From an uncultured bacterium (lineage in GTDB: Bacteria; Krumholzibacteriota; Krumholzibacteriia; JACNKJ01): a stretch of 64,000 nucleotides of DNA. Shown piece after piece: positions 23,699 to 33,888 of this stretch. The position numbers and the translations under genes were made by a program. Position 1 is the stretch's first letter. Each line of letters opens with the position of its first letter. A model generated the notes under the pieces. The model made no database searches. It worked only from the letters and a program-made list of their open reading frames with translations, and was not told the origin of the DNA. The stretch is from positions 2,592,001-2,656,000 of the forward strand of contig CAVOFT010000001.1 in assembly GCA_963695095.1 (NCBI GenBank). Direction: 5' to 3'.

Positions 23699-24876
23699 AT
23701 CACCACGTCGGGCACTTCCATCAGCCCGCGCTGGAAGGCGGAGCGGAAGGCCGCCACCACGGTGGGATCGAAATCGCTGCCCGCCCCCTTCTCGATGATC
23801 GCCTTCGCCTCATAGGGCGACATCGCCTTGCGGTAGGGACGGTCGCTGGTCAGCGAGTCGTAGACGTCCGCCACCGCGATGATGCGCGCCTCCAGCGGAA
23901 TCTCGGTTTCCTTCGTCGGCCGGTAGCCCGAGCCGTCGAAGCGATCGTGATGGGCGAGGATGATCGGGATCACCCGCTGCAGCGAGCCGCCCACCGGGCG
24001 CAGCATGTCCACGCCGCGCGCGAGGTGCGTCTTCATCTCTTCGTACTCGCCCACCGTCAGCTTGCTGGCCTTGTAGAGCAGATCCCGGCTCAGCTCCAGC
24101 TTGCCGATGTCGTGCAGGAGCGCGGCGGCGCGCAGGTCCTCGATGCGATCGTTGTTCAAGCCCATCAGGGTGGCGATCTTGGCCGCGTAGACCGAGACCC
24201 GGTAGCAGTGGTTCTCGGTGAACTTGTCCTTGGCGATGAACTGCCTGAGGATGAGGAGCAGGCCCTGGTAGGTCTCGCGCAGCTCGGCGATGCGCGCGGC
24301 GTGCTTCTCGTGCAGGGTGCCCATCGCGTAGGCCGTGAGCACGAGGATGCCGCCCCAGGAAACAAGCTGCAGGAACTCGGCGCTGACGGCCAGCGAGGAG
24401 GGCGTCTCGGCGAAGAGCTGCGGGTTGAGATGGGCCATCAGGCCGACCAGGAAGGCGCTGGCAAAGGCCGTCAGCACCGCGTGCCGGCGGCCGAAGTGAT
24501 AGGCCGAGAAGAGCGTGGGCAGCGTGTACAGACCCAGCATCATCTGCTGCGCCGTGAGCAGGTAGTTGATCGCGCCAGCCAGGCCGAGCAGGGTGAGCAG
24601 GATCCAGAGCTCCTTGTTCACCTGCTCCAGACCGCGGCGCAGGCTGCGCCGCCGGTTGCGCTGGCGCCGATCCGCATCGAGCTGGGCGTCTCCCGCATCC
24701 AGCTCGGGCCTGGGCAGGACGAAATCGAGGTCCGGGGCCGTCGCGGGCTCGGCGAGTTCATCCACGGCGGCGCGGATTTCCAGGTCGACACTGGCGCCAT
24801 CCCGCGCGAGCACGCCGACGGCGCTGTCGCTCGGGCCTTCGCGCTCGGAGCCCTGCTTCCGGCTCGGATCGGACAT
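23695..24876 (-). CDS. Membrane-bound HD-GYP domain phosphodiesterase
   Basis: TM segment, HCYRV, LLHDIGK, HHDRFDGSGYRP, IAVADVYDSLTSDRPYR. Confidence 0.9.
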   Translation of the reverse strand: MSDPSRKQGSEREGPSDSAVGVLARDGASVDLEIRAAVDELAEPATAPDLDFVLPRPELDAGDAQLDADRRQRNRRRSLRRGLEQVNKELWILLTLLGLAGAINYLLTAQQMMLGLYTLPTLFSAYHFGRRHAVLTAFASAFLVGLMAHLNPQLFAETPSSLAVSAEFLQLVSWGGILVLTAYAMGTLHEKHAARIAELRETYQGLLLILRQFIAKDKFTENHCYRVSVYAAKIATLMGLNNDRIEDLRAAALLHDIGKLELSRDLLYKASKLTVGEYEEMKTHLARGVDMLRPVGGSLQRVIPIILAHHDRFDGSGYRPTKETEIPLEARIIAVADVYDSLTSDRPYRKAMSPYEAKAIIEKGAGSDFDPTVVAAFRSAFQRGLMEVPDVVI

Positions 24877-24925
24877 GCGAATCCTCCTGGCTCCGGCGGC
24901 CAGAGGCGCCGCCCTACAGAAGAGG

Positions 24926-24953
24926 ATTTCGGCTCTAAGGGCCCCCGGCTTGA
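24926..24953 (-). promoter_or_regulatory. Candidate sigma28-type promoter of the HD-GYP gene
   Basis: TCAA-16 nt-GCCGAAAT. Confidence 0.45.
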
Positions 24954-25196
24954 GAGGGATCTCATTGATCTTACTTATGATATAGAGGCTTCTGGTCCGA
25001 AATCGGGCTTTGCTCGGGTCGCCACGCGGGTCCTCGGGAGGTGGATGCTGCGGAGAATCCGGAAGCGCCGGGCCGGCGGCGGCTCGCGGCGTCTACTCGG
25101 CGAGGGCTTGCCTGCGACCCCACCTGCCGTTACCATCGGGCCGAACGCGCGGGACGCGCCGCGCCCATCCGCCAGCCGCAACCCGGGAAGGGCCCG

Positions 25197-25565
25197 ATGA
25201 GCAACCGACCGCTGATTCGCTACACGAGCACCCGCATCGAGAGCAGCCAGGCGGGCATCTACTCCCTGAGCGGCAAGCTGACCGGCGACCGCGACAGCTA
25301 TGCGCTGCTCGAGGCGGTCACCGAGGCTGTGGATTCCGGACTGCGCCACGTGGTGCTGGATCTCAGCGCCCTCGAGTTCAGCAACAGCAGCGGCCTGGGC
25401 ATCTTCGCCTCGATCTACAATCTCGTGCACGGCAAGGGGGGCATGCTCGTCATCGTCGGCGCCGGCGATCGCGTGCGCATGGCGATGGAGATCATCCGCC
25501 TGTGGGATCTCGTCGCCCATGCCAAGAACGCGGAGGAAGCGCTGCTGCTCCTGCCGGACGCCTAG
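25197..25565 (+). CDS. STAS-domain anti-sigma factor antagonist
   Basis: 'VVLDLSALEFSNSSGLGIF' STAS phosphoserine motif. Confidence 0.85.
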   Translation: MSNRPLIRYTSTRIESSQAGIYSLSGKLTGDRDSYALLEAVTEAVDSGLRHVVLDLSALEFSNSSGLGIFASIYNLVHGKGGMLVIVGAGDRVRMAMEIIRLWDLVAHAKNAEEALLLLPDA

Positions 25566-25608
25566 CCGCCCGCCCGGCGGCCCTCAGGCGCTCGCGGCGG
25601 GAACGAAG

Positions 25609-25636
25609 AAGGCGGCCCCGCCGGGGGCCGCCTTTT
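25609..25636. terminator. Probably bidirectional intrinsic terminator between convergent genes
   Basis: aaggcggcccc-gccg-ggggccgcctt stem, T-run on + strand, A-rich flank. Confidence 0.75.
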
Positions 25637-25662
25637 CAATACCGACCGGATCGGACGCTCAT

Positions 25663-26352
25663 CTAGTAGAGCGACTTCACCTTGCTGAAGGAGCTCTCCT
25701 CCACGCCGGTGGTCTGCCACACCAGGGTGATGTCGTCCCAGTAGACCGTGGTGCCGCCGTTGCTGAACAGGTCCAGGCAGGCGATGTTGAGCACGCCCGT
25801 GCCGTCGTTGTTCACGCCGGAGGTCCAGGCCTTGTTCAGGAACACGGCCCCGTTGTAGGAGACCTCCATGTCGTCGCTGTCGAGGTCGATGGTCACCAGG
25901 AGCTCGGCCCACTGATCCGTGACCGTCGTGGCGAAGACGTTGTCGAACTGGCTCTCCAGGAGGCCGCCCGCGAAGTTGAGCTGCAGGGCCCAGTGGTTCG
26001 TGGTGCCGCCGTGGTCGTAGGCGTCGAGCAGGATGAAGTACTGCTCGCCCGTGGACCCGCTGGGAATGTAGAGCCAGGCCGAGATCGTGACGATGCCCGA
26101 AGTGTAGATGCTGAACTGCTGGATGACGTCGCTCGTCGGCAGAATGCTCACCGAATTCGGCGCGCTTAGCGAGTAGTCGCCGCTGACGATGGCATCCGTG
26201 GCGCCGCCGCCCCAGCCTTCCCAACCACCCTGCCCGATCAGTCCGCTGCCTGTCCCATAGGTGTCGAAATCGTCGGACCAATTCGCACTGGCAGTCGTAG
26301 CGAAAAGGCTCAGGGCGAGGAGCATGAGAACAAAGTTCGCGATGCGATTCAT
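25663..26352 (-). CDS. Secreted beta-sandwich (concanavalin/LamG-like) protein with C-terminal SFSKVKSLY motif
   Basis: AAGGAGG RBS, signal peptide MNRIANFVLMLLALSLFATTASA, 'WSDDFDTY', 'VYWDDITL'. Confidence 0.75.
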   Translation of the reverse strand: MNRIANFVLMLLALSLFATTASANWSDDFDTYGTGSGLIGQGGWEGWGGGATDAIVSGDYSLSAPNSVSILPTSDVIQQFSIYTSGIVTISAWLYIPSGSTGEQYFILLDAYDHGGTTNHWALQLNFAGGLLESQFDNVFATTVTDQWAELLVTIDLDSDDMEVSYNGAVFLNKAWTSGVNNDGTGVLNIACLDLFSNGGTTVYWDDITLVWQTTGVEESSFSKVKSLY

Positions 26353-26418
26353 GGTCCCCTCCTTGAGGATTGTGCGGGCCAAGGATAGCACAGGAATGGA
26401 CCGGAAGCCACGCCGAAG

Positions 26419-27183
26419 CTAGGCGAAATAGCTGCGCCAGAGGACGCGGGCGAGGGTGGCGGCCACCACGGCAAGAAAGAAGAGACGCACGAAGCGCACG
26501 CCGCGCCGGATGACCAGCCGTGAGCCCAGGGTAGCGCCGAGCAGCTGGCCGGCGCCCATCGCCAAACCCGGTAGTAGCAGCACCTTGCCGCCGATCGTGA
26601 AGGCGACGAGGGCGACGGCGTTGCTGGTGAAGTTCATCACCTTGGTGTGGGCGGTGGCGCGGCGCAGGTCCAGGCCGGCGAGCGCGACGAAGGCGATGGC
26701 CCAGAAGGAGCCGGTGCCCGGGCCGAAGAAGCCGTCCCAAAAGCCGATGCCGAGGCCGCAGAGGGCGTAGAAGCCGAGCTTCGGCAGTCGCGCCTGGCGG
26801 GCTCCCTCCCCCACCCGCGGTGACACCAGCAGGTAGATGAAGACGGCCACGAGCAGGGCGGGCAGCGCGCGCTCGAGGAAGCTGCTCGGCAGGCGCTGGA
26901 TCACGGTGGTGCCGATGGCGGCCCCCGCGGCCGTGAAGGCAATGCCGGGCAGGGTCTCGCGCAGGCGGACGAGGCCGCTCGCGCGGTAGTGCAGCAGGGC
27001 CGTGAGGCTGCCGAAGCTGGACTGCAGCTTGTTCGTGCCGAGGGCCAGCGGCGCCGGCAGGCCGGCCGCGAGCAGGGCGGGAATGGTGATGATGCCGCCG
27101 CCGCCGGCAATGGAATCGACGAAGCCGGCGAGGAAGCCCGCGGCGGCGAGGAGGAGGTAGGTCGTGGTGCTCAGCGGGTCCAT
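26419..27183 (-). CDS. TSUP (TauE/SafE, YfcA-like) transporter
   Basis: AGFVDSIAGGGG, ALGTNKLQS, GFWDGFFGPGTGSF, KVMNFTSN. Confidence 0.92.
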   Translation of the reverse strand: MDPLSTTTYLLLAAAGFLAGFVDSIAGGGGIITIPALLAAGLPAPLALGTNKLQSSFGSLTALLHYRASGLVRLRETLPGIAFTAAGAAIGTTVIQRLPSSFLERALPALLVAVFIYLLVSPRVGEGARQARLPKLGFYALCGLGIGFWDGFFGPGTGSFWAIAFVALAGLDLRRATAHTKVMNFTSNAVALVAFTIGGKVLLLPGLAMGAGQLLGATLGSRLVIRRGVRFVRLFFLAVVAATLARVLWRSYFA

Positions 27184-27391
27184 GCGCGTCGCGGCCGCCG
27201 GTCGGGGTTCGGCGCCGGCAGGGCGCGCGGCAGTGTAGCGGGTTCGGGCGGGAATGCCAGGGATTCCCGGACCTCGGGGCTCGCTTCTCTTGGCTGCGCG
27301 AGGGACAGCCCGTCGGGCGGCCGCCAGTCAGCTCTTGGGGAGGGGCTCAACGTCCGCGAGCCTCCCGGGGCGTCTGTCCCGAATGAGGGAG

Positions 27392-28564
27392 CTATGCTTC
27401 TCCTGTGAGGGGACCGGCTCTGGAACGGAGGACTCGGGCCAGGCTCGGCGGTGATGCCCCCTCGAAGGACTGCGATTCGAGCCAGAGCGGGGCACCGGCC
27501 GGGAGGCCGAGGTAGAGGGCACTGGCCACTCCCAGGCTGCGATCCGGGCGATAGTCCCAGGAGCGATCCGCCGCGATCTCCACCAGGGCCCCCGCCGCAC
27601 CCAAGCGCTCGAGCCAGTTCTCCAGGTGCCGCTCAGTGGCCAGGTGGTCCCGCTTGGCCGCGTTGCACTTGCGGTGCGCGAGGACGAGGTTGCTCAGTCC
27701 GTTGTCCGGATAGCGCGCCCAGGGAATGAAGTGGTCCACCTCGGCGCTGTCTTCCCCGCGAATCCGGCGCTTGCAGTAGAAGCACTGCCCCCGCTGCAGC
27801 CCGCGCAGGGGTTCCCGAACCGGCGCCAGGGAGATGCGATCGGCGCCGAAGAGGAAGTCCTCGAGCCGGGAGTCCTCCAGCCTGTTCAGGCGCGCGACCA
27901 TGGCCGCCCACCGCCGATGGATCAGGGGACGGAGGAGTCCGTTCAGCAGCACGAGATCCTCGCTCGCGCCTGCATGCAAGAGCAGCCGGTTGTCGAAGTT
28001 GCTGGCAAGGCCGGCCTGATAGTCGCGCACCTCGCGGCGGAATCCGCGGCCCTGGCCGCCTTCGGTGTCGGCGCGCTGCCAGCCGATCCGGTACAGGAAA
28101 TCGTGATCGCGCCCCGCGTAGAACTGCAGCCTGGCGAGCGGCATCTCGATGAGCTTCCACTCGATCGCCTTGACCATGCCCTCGAATGGACCTCTTGCAG
28201 CATTGCGGGCCCGGACCAGCGGCGCGGAGGGATCGGGAGCGTGACGGCCGCGAAACTGCTGGATGCGCCTGACGATCTCGGCCTGCGAGCCCGCGTGGCT
28301 GGCATTCTGCTTCAGGACCCGACTCGGGCGCCGATCGCCGAAGGGCGCGGTGTGCGGCCAGTAGAGTTCGACCACCTTCTCGGCAAGCTGCCGGGTCGTG
28401 ATCGAGGTCACCGGCATGCCGTTCGTCGCCGTGCCTTCCATGCAGAGGTCCAGCAGCGCGAGCAGGACGGCGTACTTGTAGGTGGCGGTGAAGGTGCCCT
28501 CTTCCAGGATCGCCAGGACCTGTTCGGCGCGGCGGATCGTCCGGCTCGTGGACTCCGCGATCAT
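27392..28564 (-). CDS. HNH endonuclease with N-terminal 'TYKYAVLLAL' domain
   Basis: CFYC...EVDHFIPW...NLVLAHRKCNAAKRD. Confidence 0.88.
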   Translation of the reverse strand: MIAESTSRTIRRAEQVLAILEEGTFTATYKYAVLLALLDLCMEGTATNGMPVTSITTRQLAEKVVELYWPHTAPFGDRRPSRVLKQNASHAGSQAEIVRRIQQFRGRHAPDPSAPLVRARNAARGPFEGMVKAIEWKLIEMPLARLQFYAGRDHDFLYRIGWQRADTEGGQGRGFRREVRDYQAGLASNFDNRLLLHAGASEDLVLLNGLLRPLIHRRWAAMVARLNRLEDSRLEDFLFGADRISLAPVREPLRGLQRGQCFYCKRRIRGEDSAEVDHFIPWARYPDNGLSNLVLAHRKCNAAKRDHLATERHLENWLERLGAAGALVEIAADRSWDYRPDRSLGVASALYLGLPAGAPLWLESQSFEGASPPSLARVLRSRAGPLTGEA

Positions 28565-28953
28565 CTCCGATCGTCCCAGTAACGGGCGCGGTCGGGAAAG
28601 ATGAGCCGGATGCCGCCGCGCGGGTCTTCCTGGTCCCCCGCTTGTCGCGGGATGACGTGCAGGTGGAAGTGCATCACCGTCTGGCCGGCGGCGGCGCCGT
28701 CGTTGAAGCCGACGTTGTAGCCGGCGGGGGCGGACTCCGCGTCGAGCGCGGAGCGCACGGCGTCGAGAAGGCGTAGCAGATCCGTGCGCTCCTCGCCGGT
28801 CAGGTCCGCGAAGCCGGCGACGTGGCGCCGAGGAACGATCAGCGTGTGACCAGGCGCCACCGGATAGGCGTCGCGAAACGCGCGCATGCTTGCGCTGATG
28901 GACGAACAGGCGCTATCCGGGAGTCCGCAGAAGGGGCAGTCCTCGAATGTCAA
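28561..28953 (-). CDS. HIT family nucleotide hydrolase
   Basis: CPFC, YPVAPGHTLIVPRRH, GQTVMHFHLHVIPR; ATGA overlap with the HNH gene. Confidence 0.92.
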   Translation of the reverse strand: MTFEDCPFCGLPDSACSSISASMRAFRDAYPVAPGHTLIVPRRHVAGFADLTGEERTDLLRLLDAVRSALDAESAPAGYNVGFNDGAAAGQTVMHFHLHVIPRQAGDQEDPRGGIRLIFPDRARYWDDRR

Positions 28954-29147
28954 CGGCTCTCTCCCTTGCCCAGGAGCCGGGCGATTGGCCCGGCGCCTGG
29001 CCCCCTGAGCCAGGCCAGCAGTGCCTGCGCAGCACTCAGGCTCTCCTGCAGCACTGGCTCGAGTTCCTCGGCCCTGTCCCGACTTCTGTGGAAAAGCAAG
29101 ATGGCGTAGTCTCCGGGTGATTTACCACCCAGCGCCGGACGGCGCAA
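28950..29147 (-). pseudogene. Probable 3' remnant of a truncated gene upstream of HIT
   Basis: Its TGA overlaps the HIT TTG start (TTGA); frame closed by TAG at 29162..29160 next to an inverted repeat and an IS remnant. Confidence 0.35.
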
Positions 29148-29223
29148 AGTCCCGGAGGACTACGCCATGTCGAACGATAGCACACACGCCGATGTCGTTG
29201 CATTCCCACGTGATCTGACCGGG

Positions 29224-29545
29224 TGGAGTTGACCCGGTTTCCCGGACACTTCGCTACACTGGTAGCGAAAGGAGTCCGCGATGCCACGGTCCCGTCCTCA
29301 CTACCCTCCTGAGTTCAAGCATGAACTGGTGGAGCTAGCTCGATCCGGCCGCGCGATCGCCAGCTTGGCCCGCGAGTTAGGACCCCATGTCCAGACGACC
29401 GCGGCTTGGGTCAAGCAGGCTGACATGGATGAAGGCGGCCGCTCAGACAGCCTCACCCTCGTGACGGCGGAACCAGGCCGATTACCCGATACGGATGCTC
29501 TGCTGTGCGCAGGGTGTCTCCCCCAGCGGCTATCACGGAGTCAGT
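29224..29545 (+). mobile_element. Internally deleted IS3-family remnant (IRL, OrfA N-terminus, OrfB N-terminus)
   Basis: IRL-like TGGAGTTGACCCGGTTTCCCGGACAC; OrfA MPRSRPHYPPEFKHELVELARSGRAIASLARELG...WVKQAD from 29281; then in a shifted frame QADYPIRMLCCAQGVSPSGYH, resembling an OrfB start; no DDE domain. Confidence 0.75.
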
Positions 29546-29809
29546 GCTGGGAATCAAGTCGCCGGTGGGCTTTGGGGCAATGAGCCTATGGCGAGGGATC
29601 TAGACGGAGGTCTTTTCCGTCAGGCGGGACGGATAAACTCCAAGGGGTAGTACGTTTAAAGGATTTGGTGACAAGAGCTTGGCCCTAGGTGCGAACATCC
29701 ATACGTCGTTAAACTCGAGCATTGACACGGCACCAATAGCGAGCGATTATACAGCAGCAAGAGCGAGCATCCATCCGAAGGGCAGGAGCCGAAACAGGCT
29801 GGCAGCGCG

Positions 29810-31331
29810 ATGACGAAAGACCAAGCAAAGCTAGCCGATGCCCTGAGCGCCCTGCGCGATCTCCAGCAGGGGGGGCGCAGCGTTTTCCGCTCCAGCGAGT
29901 TCTCGCGATTGCACCGAGAGCGCCTCGTCAGGCAGGGATACTTGCGCAGCATCATGCGTGGCTGGCTGCTCTCGACCAGCCCAGGCACCAGCGCGGGCGA
30001 CAGCACGCCCTGGTTCGCGTCGTTCTGGGAATTCATCGCTGCGTACTGCGAGGATCGATTCGGCGCGGCCTGGCATCTGGCCCCCGAACCCTCACTGCTC
30101 CTTCATCTGGAGGACTGGACGATCCCGCGCCAGTTGCTCGTCCACAGCCACGAGGGCGGGAAACAATCCCATCGATCTGCCTTTCGAGAGCTCTCTACTG
30201 GCCATCAAGCCGAAGCGCCAGACGCGTGATGATGAGCTGGTTCAGCGGAGCGGCCTGCGTCTACTGAGGGTGGAAGCCACGCTCGCCCGCCTGCCCGAAT
30301 CCCACTTCGCGATCCGCCCGCGCGAGATTCAGGCGGCGCTGGCAACCTTGGTGAACGTTCCCCGTCTCCTGCAGACCTTGCTGGAAAGCAGCCAGCCCGT
30401 CGTTGCCGGACGCCTGGCTGGAGCTTTGAGGCAACTCGACCGCGGTGATGCCGCCGACGAGATCGTCAAGACCATGCGGGCCGCGGGCCACGATACCCGC
30501 GAGACGAGACCGTTTGCGGAAGTCCGGCAGTTCACGGCTGCGAGAGTCGGCACCTCGCCGCTTGTGACGAGGGTGAATGCTCTGTGGACAGAGCTGCGCG
30601 AACCCGTGTTGCGCAACTTCCCCACTCCGCCGGGCCGCCCCCGAGATATCGACGCCTATCTTGCCCACGTTGATGAGAGCTACACTGCGGACGCTTACCA
30701 TTCGCTTTCGATCGAGGGCTACCGCGTTAGCGAGGAGCTGATCGAGAAGGTTCGCGCGGGACACTGGGATGCTGATGGCGCCGACAGGGACAGCCGCGAT
30801 GCGATGGCCGCCAAGGGCTACGCGCAAGCTTTCGCCGCAGTGCGCGCTTCGGTGGAGAAGATCCTGCGAGGAGAGAGCGCCGGGGCGGTCGCAGAGGCTG
30901 ACCACCGAACCTGGTACCGCGAACTGTTTGCGCCGTCTGTCACGGCCGGTCTCCTCGAATCCCGCGACCTGGCCGGCTATCGCCGTGAGCCGGTTTTCAT
31001 TCGCGCGTCACGTCATGTTCCGCCGCGCGCCGAGACGCTGCCTGAAGTGATGCCTGCCCTCTTCGACCTGCTGGAGACTGAGGCCGAGCCCGCTGTGTCG
31101 GCAGTGCTGGGCCACTGGCTCTTTGGCTTCATCCACCCCTACCGCGATGGCAACGGCCGCATGGCCCGCTTCCTGATGAATGCCATGTTCGCGGCGGGGG
31201 GATACCCATGGACAGTCATCCGTGTCGAGGACCGCAACGAATACATGGCGGCCCTGGACGCCGCCAGCGTCGGTCGCGACATCGTGCCCTTCGCGAAGTT
31301 CCTTGGGGCGCGCGTGCTAGGTGGCGGCTAG
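29810..31331 (+). CDS. Fic-domain protein (one extra base near 30148)
   Basis: Canonical HPYRDGNGRMAR; ORFs 29810..30229 and 29958..31331 join as ...HS-TRAGNNPIDLP; 'AYHSLSIEGY' motif. Confidence 0.88.
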
Positions 31332-31530
31332 CCCCCTGTTCCCGCCGCTGCGCTCTTCACTGAGAGCTGGACCGCACTAGAATGGACAGGACTACCGGGC
31401 GCAGCCGGCGACCGCCGCGTACTACTCCGCTCCTGCCTCAGCAGAGCCCAGCAGTGGCACCGGACGCGAGAATCGAAAACACGAAGGGCTCGCCTCTCGG
31501 CAAGCCCTTCATTTTGTCGTATCTTCCAGG

Positions 31531-31603
31531 TACGCCAGCAGGGACTTGAACCCCGAACCACCTGATTAAGAGTCAGATGCTCTACCAGTTGAGCTACTGG
31601 CGC
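31531..31603 (-). tRNA. tRNA-Lys(CTT)
   Basis: GCGCCAGTAGCTCAACTGGTAGAGCATCTGACTCTTAATCAGGTGGTTCGGGGTTCAAGTCCCTGCTGGCGTA; promoter TTGACA-17-TACCCT at 31643..31615. Confidence 0.97.
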
Positions 31604-31719
31604 GAAACGCGTGCAGGGTAGTCTGCCCACCCTCCGCTGTCAAGCCCGCACGGCGCTTGGACTTGCGCGATGACCCGCCCCCGGGGGCGGGTCGTCGGCC
31701 CGGCCGCGCGGCGCCTGCC

Positions 31720-32232
31720 CTAGAAGGGCAGATCGTCCTCGTCGTCGCCGCTGTAGGCGCCGCCGGCATCGTCGCCGCTGGCGCCGGCCGCGGCCGCGTT
31801 CGTCTTCTCCTTGCCGCGGCCCTGCGGGCGGTCCTGGTTGTGGTCGTCCCCGTCGCTCTCCTGGGAGCCGCCCCAGTCGCCGCTACCGGCGCCCTCGCCG
31901 GCCCGGCCCAGCATGACCATCTGGTTCACGCGCACCTCGGTCATGTAGCGCTTCTGGCCGCTCTCCTTGTCCTCCCAGTCGCGGGTCTGCAGGCTGCCCT
32001 CGATGTAGAGCTGCTTGCCCTTCTTGCAGTAGCGCGACAGGGTCTCCGCCGTCTTGCCGAAGAAGACCAGCCGGTGCCACTCGGTGTGATCGCCCCAGTT
32101 GCCATCGCGGTCCTTGCGCCGCTCGCTGGTGGCCAGGGTCGCCGTCGCGATCGCCGTGCCGCTCTGCGCGTAGCGCAGCTCGGGGTCGCGCCCCAGATGC
32201 CCCACCAGAATCACCTTGTTGACGCCTGCCAT
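31720..32232 (-). CDS. ssb: Single-stranded DNA-binding protein
   Basis: [32 protein letters not shown], acidic tail DDEDDLPF. Confidence 0.97.
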   Translation of the reverse strand: MAGVNKVILVGHLGRDPELRYAQSGTAIATATLATSERRKDRDGNWGDHTEWHRLVFFGKTAETLSRYCKKGKQLYIEGSLQTRDWEDKESGQKRYMTEVRVNQMVMLGRAGEGAGSGDWGGSQESDGDDHNQDRPQGRGKEKTNAAAAGASGDDAGGAYSGDDEDDLPF

Positions 32233-32417
32233 GCTCTCTCCTTTCGGCCCGCCAGGGGCGTGGTCCCCTACCTCAAGCAGGGGCGGTGCCGCCGCACGCA
32301 GTTCCCGAGGCCCTCGCTGCGCAAGCACTTGCCTCGGGACGCCTGCCGCCGGCCTCCGCGGCCGACAGCGGCGGTTGACGAAAACGGGGCCAGGCGCAAC
32401 CGCCGGCCCCGCTCAGG

Positions 32418-32491
32418 GGTGGAAGACGGGGCTCGAACCCGCGACCACTGGATCCACAATCCAGTGCTCTGCCAACTGAGCTACTCCCACC
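32418..32491 (-). tRNA. tRNA-His(GTG) with encoded G-1
   Basis: GGTGGGAGTAGCTCAGTTGGCAGAGCACTGGATTGTGGATCCAGTGGTCGCGGGTTCGAGCCCCGTCTTCCACC; promoter TTGACA-17-TAGCTT at 32549..32521. Confidence 0.97.
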
Positions 32492-32930
32492 ATGCATGCC
32501 TCACCGGAGCGAGGCGACTCAAGCTAGCGCCGCCGCCGGGGCCTGTCAAGACGGCTGGCGCTCCGCGGAGACAGCCGCGCGGACGGCCGTCGCGCGACCC
32601 CTGGGGAACTGCGAGAAAGCGATCGCTTACCGCGCGCCCCCAGGCGGCTTGCTTCCTTTCGCAATTGATGCGAATTCTCGGATCCAACAACGCAATACCA
32701 GCGGTTGTATCACTTAGAAAACGCCCCACCCTGCAAACGATCGCTCACCCCATCGCTCTCCTTGGCCCTATTATCTAAGGATAGATGGCAACCATGCCGG
32801 ATTGCACTTGCGCAATCGGAGCTTAGGATTTTCTTTGTCAATTGCTTTCAATACAGGTTCCTCCAGTAGTTGTCGAGCTGACGGACCCCAGGGCGAAGAC
32901 GGCTGGGGCCCAGAACCGGGACCGAGGACG

Positions 32931-33887
32931 ATGATGAACTGCGACCGACGCGACTTCCTGAGGACGATGGCTCTGGGCAGCGGCGGGGCGCTCGCCGCGC
33001 CGGCAGCGCTGGCCTCCGCACCTGTCCCCACCGACGGCTACGGCGTCCTCGTCGACCTCACCAAGTGCAACGGCTGCCGCCGCTGCGAGGCCGCCTGCCG
33101 GGAGGCCAACGGCAATCCGCTCCTGGAAGCCGCCGCTCTCGACGATCCCGCCGCCTTCGCCACCCGCCGGCGGCCGGACACCGATGATTTCACCGTCGTC
33201 AACCGCTTCGCGGACGAGCACGCAGGCGGCGGTGACCTACCCGTCTTCGTCAAATCCAACTGCCTGCACTGCCTGGATCCGGCCTGCGTCTCGGCCTGCC
33301 TGGTGGGCGCGCTCACGCGGCAGCCCGATGGAGCCGTCACCTATGACGCCGCCAAGTGCATCGGCTGTCGCTACTGCATGGTGGCCTGTCCCTTCGAAGT
33401 GCCGGCCTACGAGTACGCCAGCGTGATGACGCCGCGCGTCCGCAAGTGCGAGTTCTGCGCGAGCCTTCGCGCCGCCGACCCCACCGATGCCCCGGCCTGC
33501 GTCCGCGCCTGCCCACGCGAGGCGCTCACCTTTGCCCGGCGCTCGGATCTGATCGCGCATGCCCACGCCAAGATCGCCGCTCGGCCTCACCACTACATCG
33601 ACCATGTCTACGGCGAACACGAAGCCGGCGGCACGGCCTGGCTCTACCTCTCGGCGGTGCCCTTCGCCGCCCTGGGCTTCCCCGCTTTGAGCGGCGCGGC
33701 GCCCCCCCGCCTCAGCGAGGCCATCCAGCACGGCGTCTTCGCGCGCTTCGTGCCGCCCTTGGCCTGGCTCGGCATTCTCAGCCTGACGATGTGGCTCACG
33801 CGCCCGCAGCCGCCGCGAATGGCGCAGATCGCCGGCGGCGCTCGGCCCGCCGCGCCGGAAGATACGGCTCGCGGAGAGGTGGCCTGA
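32931..33887 (+). CDS. Tat-exported 4x[4Fe-4S] electron-transfer subunit (HybA/HmcB-like)
   Basis: DRRDFL Tat signal; CNGCRRCEAAC, CLHCLDPACVSAC, CIGCRYCMVACP, KCEFC...PACVRACP; C-terminal TM. Confidence 0.92.
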   Translation: MMNCDRRDFLRTMALGSGGALAAPAALASAPVPTDGYGVLVDLTKCNGCRRCEAACREANGNPLLEAAALDDPAAFATRRRPDTDDFTVVNRFADEHAGGGDLPVFVKSNCLHCLDPACVSACLVGALTRQPDGAVTYDAAKCIGCRYCMVACPFEVPAYEYASVMTPRVRKCEFCASLRAADPTDAPACVRACPREALTFARRSDLIAHAHAKIAARPHHYIDHVYGEHEAGGTAWLYLSAVPFAALGFPALSGAAPPRLSEAIQHGVFARFVPPLAWLGILSLTMWLTRPQPPRMAQIAGGARPAAPEDTARGEVA

Positions 33888-33888
33888 G

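Noticed and set aside
29101..29168. c-di-GMP-I riboswitch, retron ncRNA or attC site
   Set aside because: Only a GCAAAG fragment matches GEMM; no RT gene; no convincing RYYYAAC/GTTRRRY boxes and no integron integrase.
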